Assembly: GCF_030684315.1 (NCBI RefSeq)
Contig: NC_081366.1
Location: 38,230,078 to 38,294,077 of the forward strand
Direction of reading: 5' to 3'
Origin: Stegostoma tigrinum
Lineage: Eukaryota
DNA: 64,000 nucleotides
Shown here: in pieces, positions 61,978 through 64,000 of the stretch
Position numbering within the stretch: position 1 is the stretch's first letter
Layout: the number at the start of each line of letters is the position of its first letter
Notes under the pieces: generated by a model
Told to the model about the DNA's origin: nothing
The model's input: the letters and a program-made list of their open reading frames with translations, nothing else
The model's database searches: none
Translations under genes and position numbers: made by a program

Positions 61978-62116
61978 GGTTGGAAATCGTGCCAAATGGG
62001 ATAACATTGCCGATGGACTACCAGGGGAGGAGCACGGGGGAGGCCTTCGTGCAGTTTGCCACACAGGAAATAGCTGAAAAGGCTCTAAAGAAACACAAGG
62101 AAAGAATAGGGCACAG
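61978..62116 (+). CDS. HNRNPH1: hnRNP H, fourth coding exon (139-nt regulated exon); gene continues past the window
   Basis: gttgaag acceptor, gtgggg donor; (G)[45 protein letters not shown](R). Confidence 0.96.
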
Positions 62117-63589
62117 GTGGGGATGGATGGATGAGTCACTTTTCTTATGGTATATGATTTGATTTGTTATCTAGTACAAGTGCTTTGGTATGGCAAATGT
62201 TTCACCTGGATGCATTGTTGTTTAGGTTTTAAGTAATGTTACCACATTTCACGGATTTTGATACCATAAGAAATGTGATTAAGCACAATTTAAAAGCTCT
62301 TTAAACACATTGTAACACTAATTTTTGTTGTAATTGTCACATGTTGACTATTTGTAAAATGAAATTGCAATACTGGTAACCTGAGCCTGAAAAGCTACTT
62401 GCCGTCTTGGTTGCTGTTTTTATCCAATTAATGTACAACCTATTGGATATCTTAGTGTGAAGATAATTATCTATTTGAAATTAATAATTGCTTGTGGTTT
62501 AATATGTAATAAAGTTAAATGACAATTATTGGCAACAAACATAAGGCAGATAGCTTTTCAACATAGTTGTTATTTAAGTTTACTGTTCAAAGAAGCATGT
62601 GCAACTTGCTTCTGTCATAGGACAGTCGAGTACACAAGTATTCTTCGCACAGTGTTTTGCAGCAATTACCTTTCATGCCTGAGACCTTTTTATAATTAAT
62701 TATATCTTTGATAGTTGGGTTGAAGGTCTCGCTTTCTGGTTATGAAAGGAGTTATTTTTCTGGTCGCATTAAATTTCCTAAAATTAACCACTGCTTTGAG
62801 GATATTACACTAGCTGTTTGTTTACCTGAATATTAACTAAGAATGATCAATAATGATAGTGGAAAAGATTTGTCAAAATGTCTGCTATGGTTGGAAGTGT
62901 TGTGGTTGAGTTTCAGGCAGATTGCCAAAGTAATGTGATGTTAGCATTACGTTGCTCCTGCCCTGTAACAGACCGAACACGCAGTGGTAATTATTTAATC
63001 GTCAAAAGATTCTGGTGTGAATAGAAACTTCATGTCCCCAAATTGACCTTCGTCTGTTTAGCCTCCAGAATACAAATAGGATCATGGTAGGGCAGTTGGT
63101 TGTATCGGTGCAGATGTTTTCCATTTAGCAGACGACTTCGTTCTGTACTGCAGTCTTCAGTTGTTTGCAGGAATCTTGATTGTAGAAGTCCTGGGGAAAG
63201 CTATTGATTTGAAATTGTGCAAATTTTAGTTTTTCAAAATTTCCCTTGTGCATTCTTCAGTCTCAAATGATCAGTCCTGTTTTAGTGGCAATATTGTGTG
63301 GACCTTTATCTGTGTTACCCAAGAGGGGAAAGGAGTTGAACCTAAGGATATAGTGTCTTGAGGCTATTTAGAATTTTTTAGGAATTATAATGCGCAAAAA
63401 GTTGACTTCTGAAAGTCAACTCTCCTGGAAATGGATTTTGTATTTCTTGTATCTGTTATCTTTTTCTTTTCATTAAGCTGCTGATTGTTAAATTTTTAAA
63501 AGTTCAACTCGAATTCAAGAGTATCATTGCTAGGTTTAGTTGATCCTTTTTTTTGGATGCTTAACCCACTATTTGAAGGATGGGGGACA

Positions 63590-63930
63590 AGATGGCCTAT
63601 TAGTGTTATTGCTGGATTATTAATCCACAGATTTAAATAATGTTCTGGGGATCTGAGTTTTGAATTCTGCCATGGTATATGGTGGAATTTGAATTCAGTA
63701 AATATCCCGGAGTTAATAGTCTAATGGTTGCTGTGAATCCATTTTCCCTTATCGGAAAAACCCATCCGGTTCACTGTCCTTTCGGGAAAGAAACTACCAT
63801 CCTTACCTGGTCTGGATTGCATGTGACTCCGGACCGTCAGCAATGTGGTTGACTCCTAACTGCCCTCTAAACAATTGGGTTAGGCAGTAAATGCTGCCTA
63901 CCCAGTGACACACTCTTCCTGTGAATGAAT
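63590..63930 (+). mobile_element. tRNA-derived SINE with L2-type tail
   Basis: Same body (ccttacctggtctgg...gcaatgtggttgactc) and tail (ggcagtaaatgctg...gtgaatgaataaa) as 5282-5565. Confidence 0.75.
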
Positions 63931-64000
63931 AAAGGAAAAGTGATTGGGAAGAAAAATCACTTTGCCCAGCATAGTTAATATTGCTGTTGTGCCATTAGTA

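Noticed and set aside
1-64000. CRISPR array, retron or other prokaryotic RT system
   Set aside because: Spliceosomal genes and vertebrate repeats throughout; the RTs are PLE, CR1 and L2 types; no repeat-spacer array

Overview
Vertebrate genomic DNA, most likely a shark (inferred from an HE1-type V-SINE, CR1/HER1-like and L2 LINE debris and abundant Penelope-like elements). Three multi-exon genes can be reconstructed by hand. (1) On the minus strand, six 5' coding exons of an SLC4 bicarbonate transporter (NBCe1/SLC4A4-like with some AE4/SLC4A9-like residues) run from 21327 down to 628 and continue off the window. (2) On the minus strand, a complete 7-exon deoxycytidine kinase gene (dCK2-type, 264 aa) spans 43218-38294. 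(3) On the plus strand, the first five exons of HNRNPH1 run from about 51600 to 62116, including the conserved 139-nt autoregulatory exon. The main non-genic signal is a set of Penelope-like retroelements (RT + Cys-rich linker + GIY-YIG) carrying minimal hammerhead-ribozyme motifs. They are repeatedly integrated as tail-out palindromes from about 140 bp to 4.26 kb. One arm keeps a 35-40 nt 3' tail and the other lacks it, and several pairs are flanked by a single 12-16 bp target-site duplication. The youngest is a 2072-bp-arm palindrome with only two mismatches seen, inside an SLC4 intron. Other notable signals are a 12-bp intronic helix that could mask the HNRNPH1 regulated 3' splice site, an SLC4 first coding exon apparently fixed in the NBCe1-A-type configuration, and a 64-bp inverted copy of DCK intron 1 on the far side of the DCK promoter. 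All protein comparisons are from recalled family sequences, not database searches.
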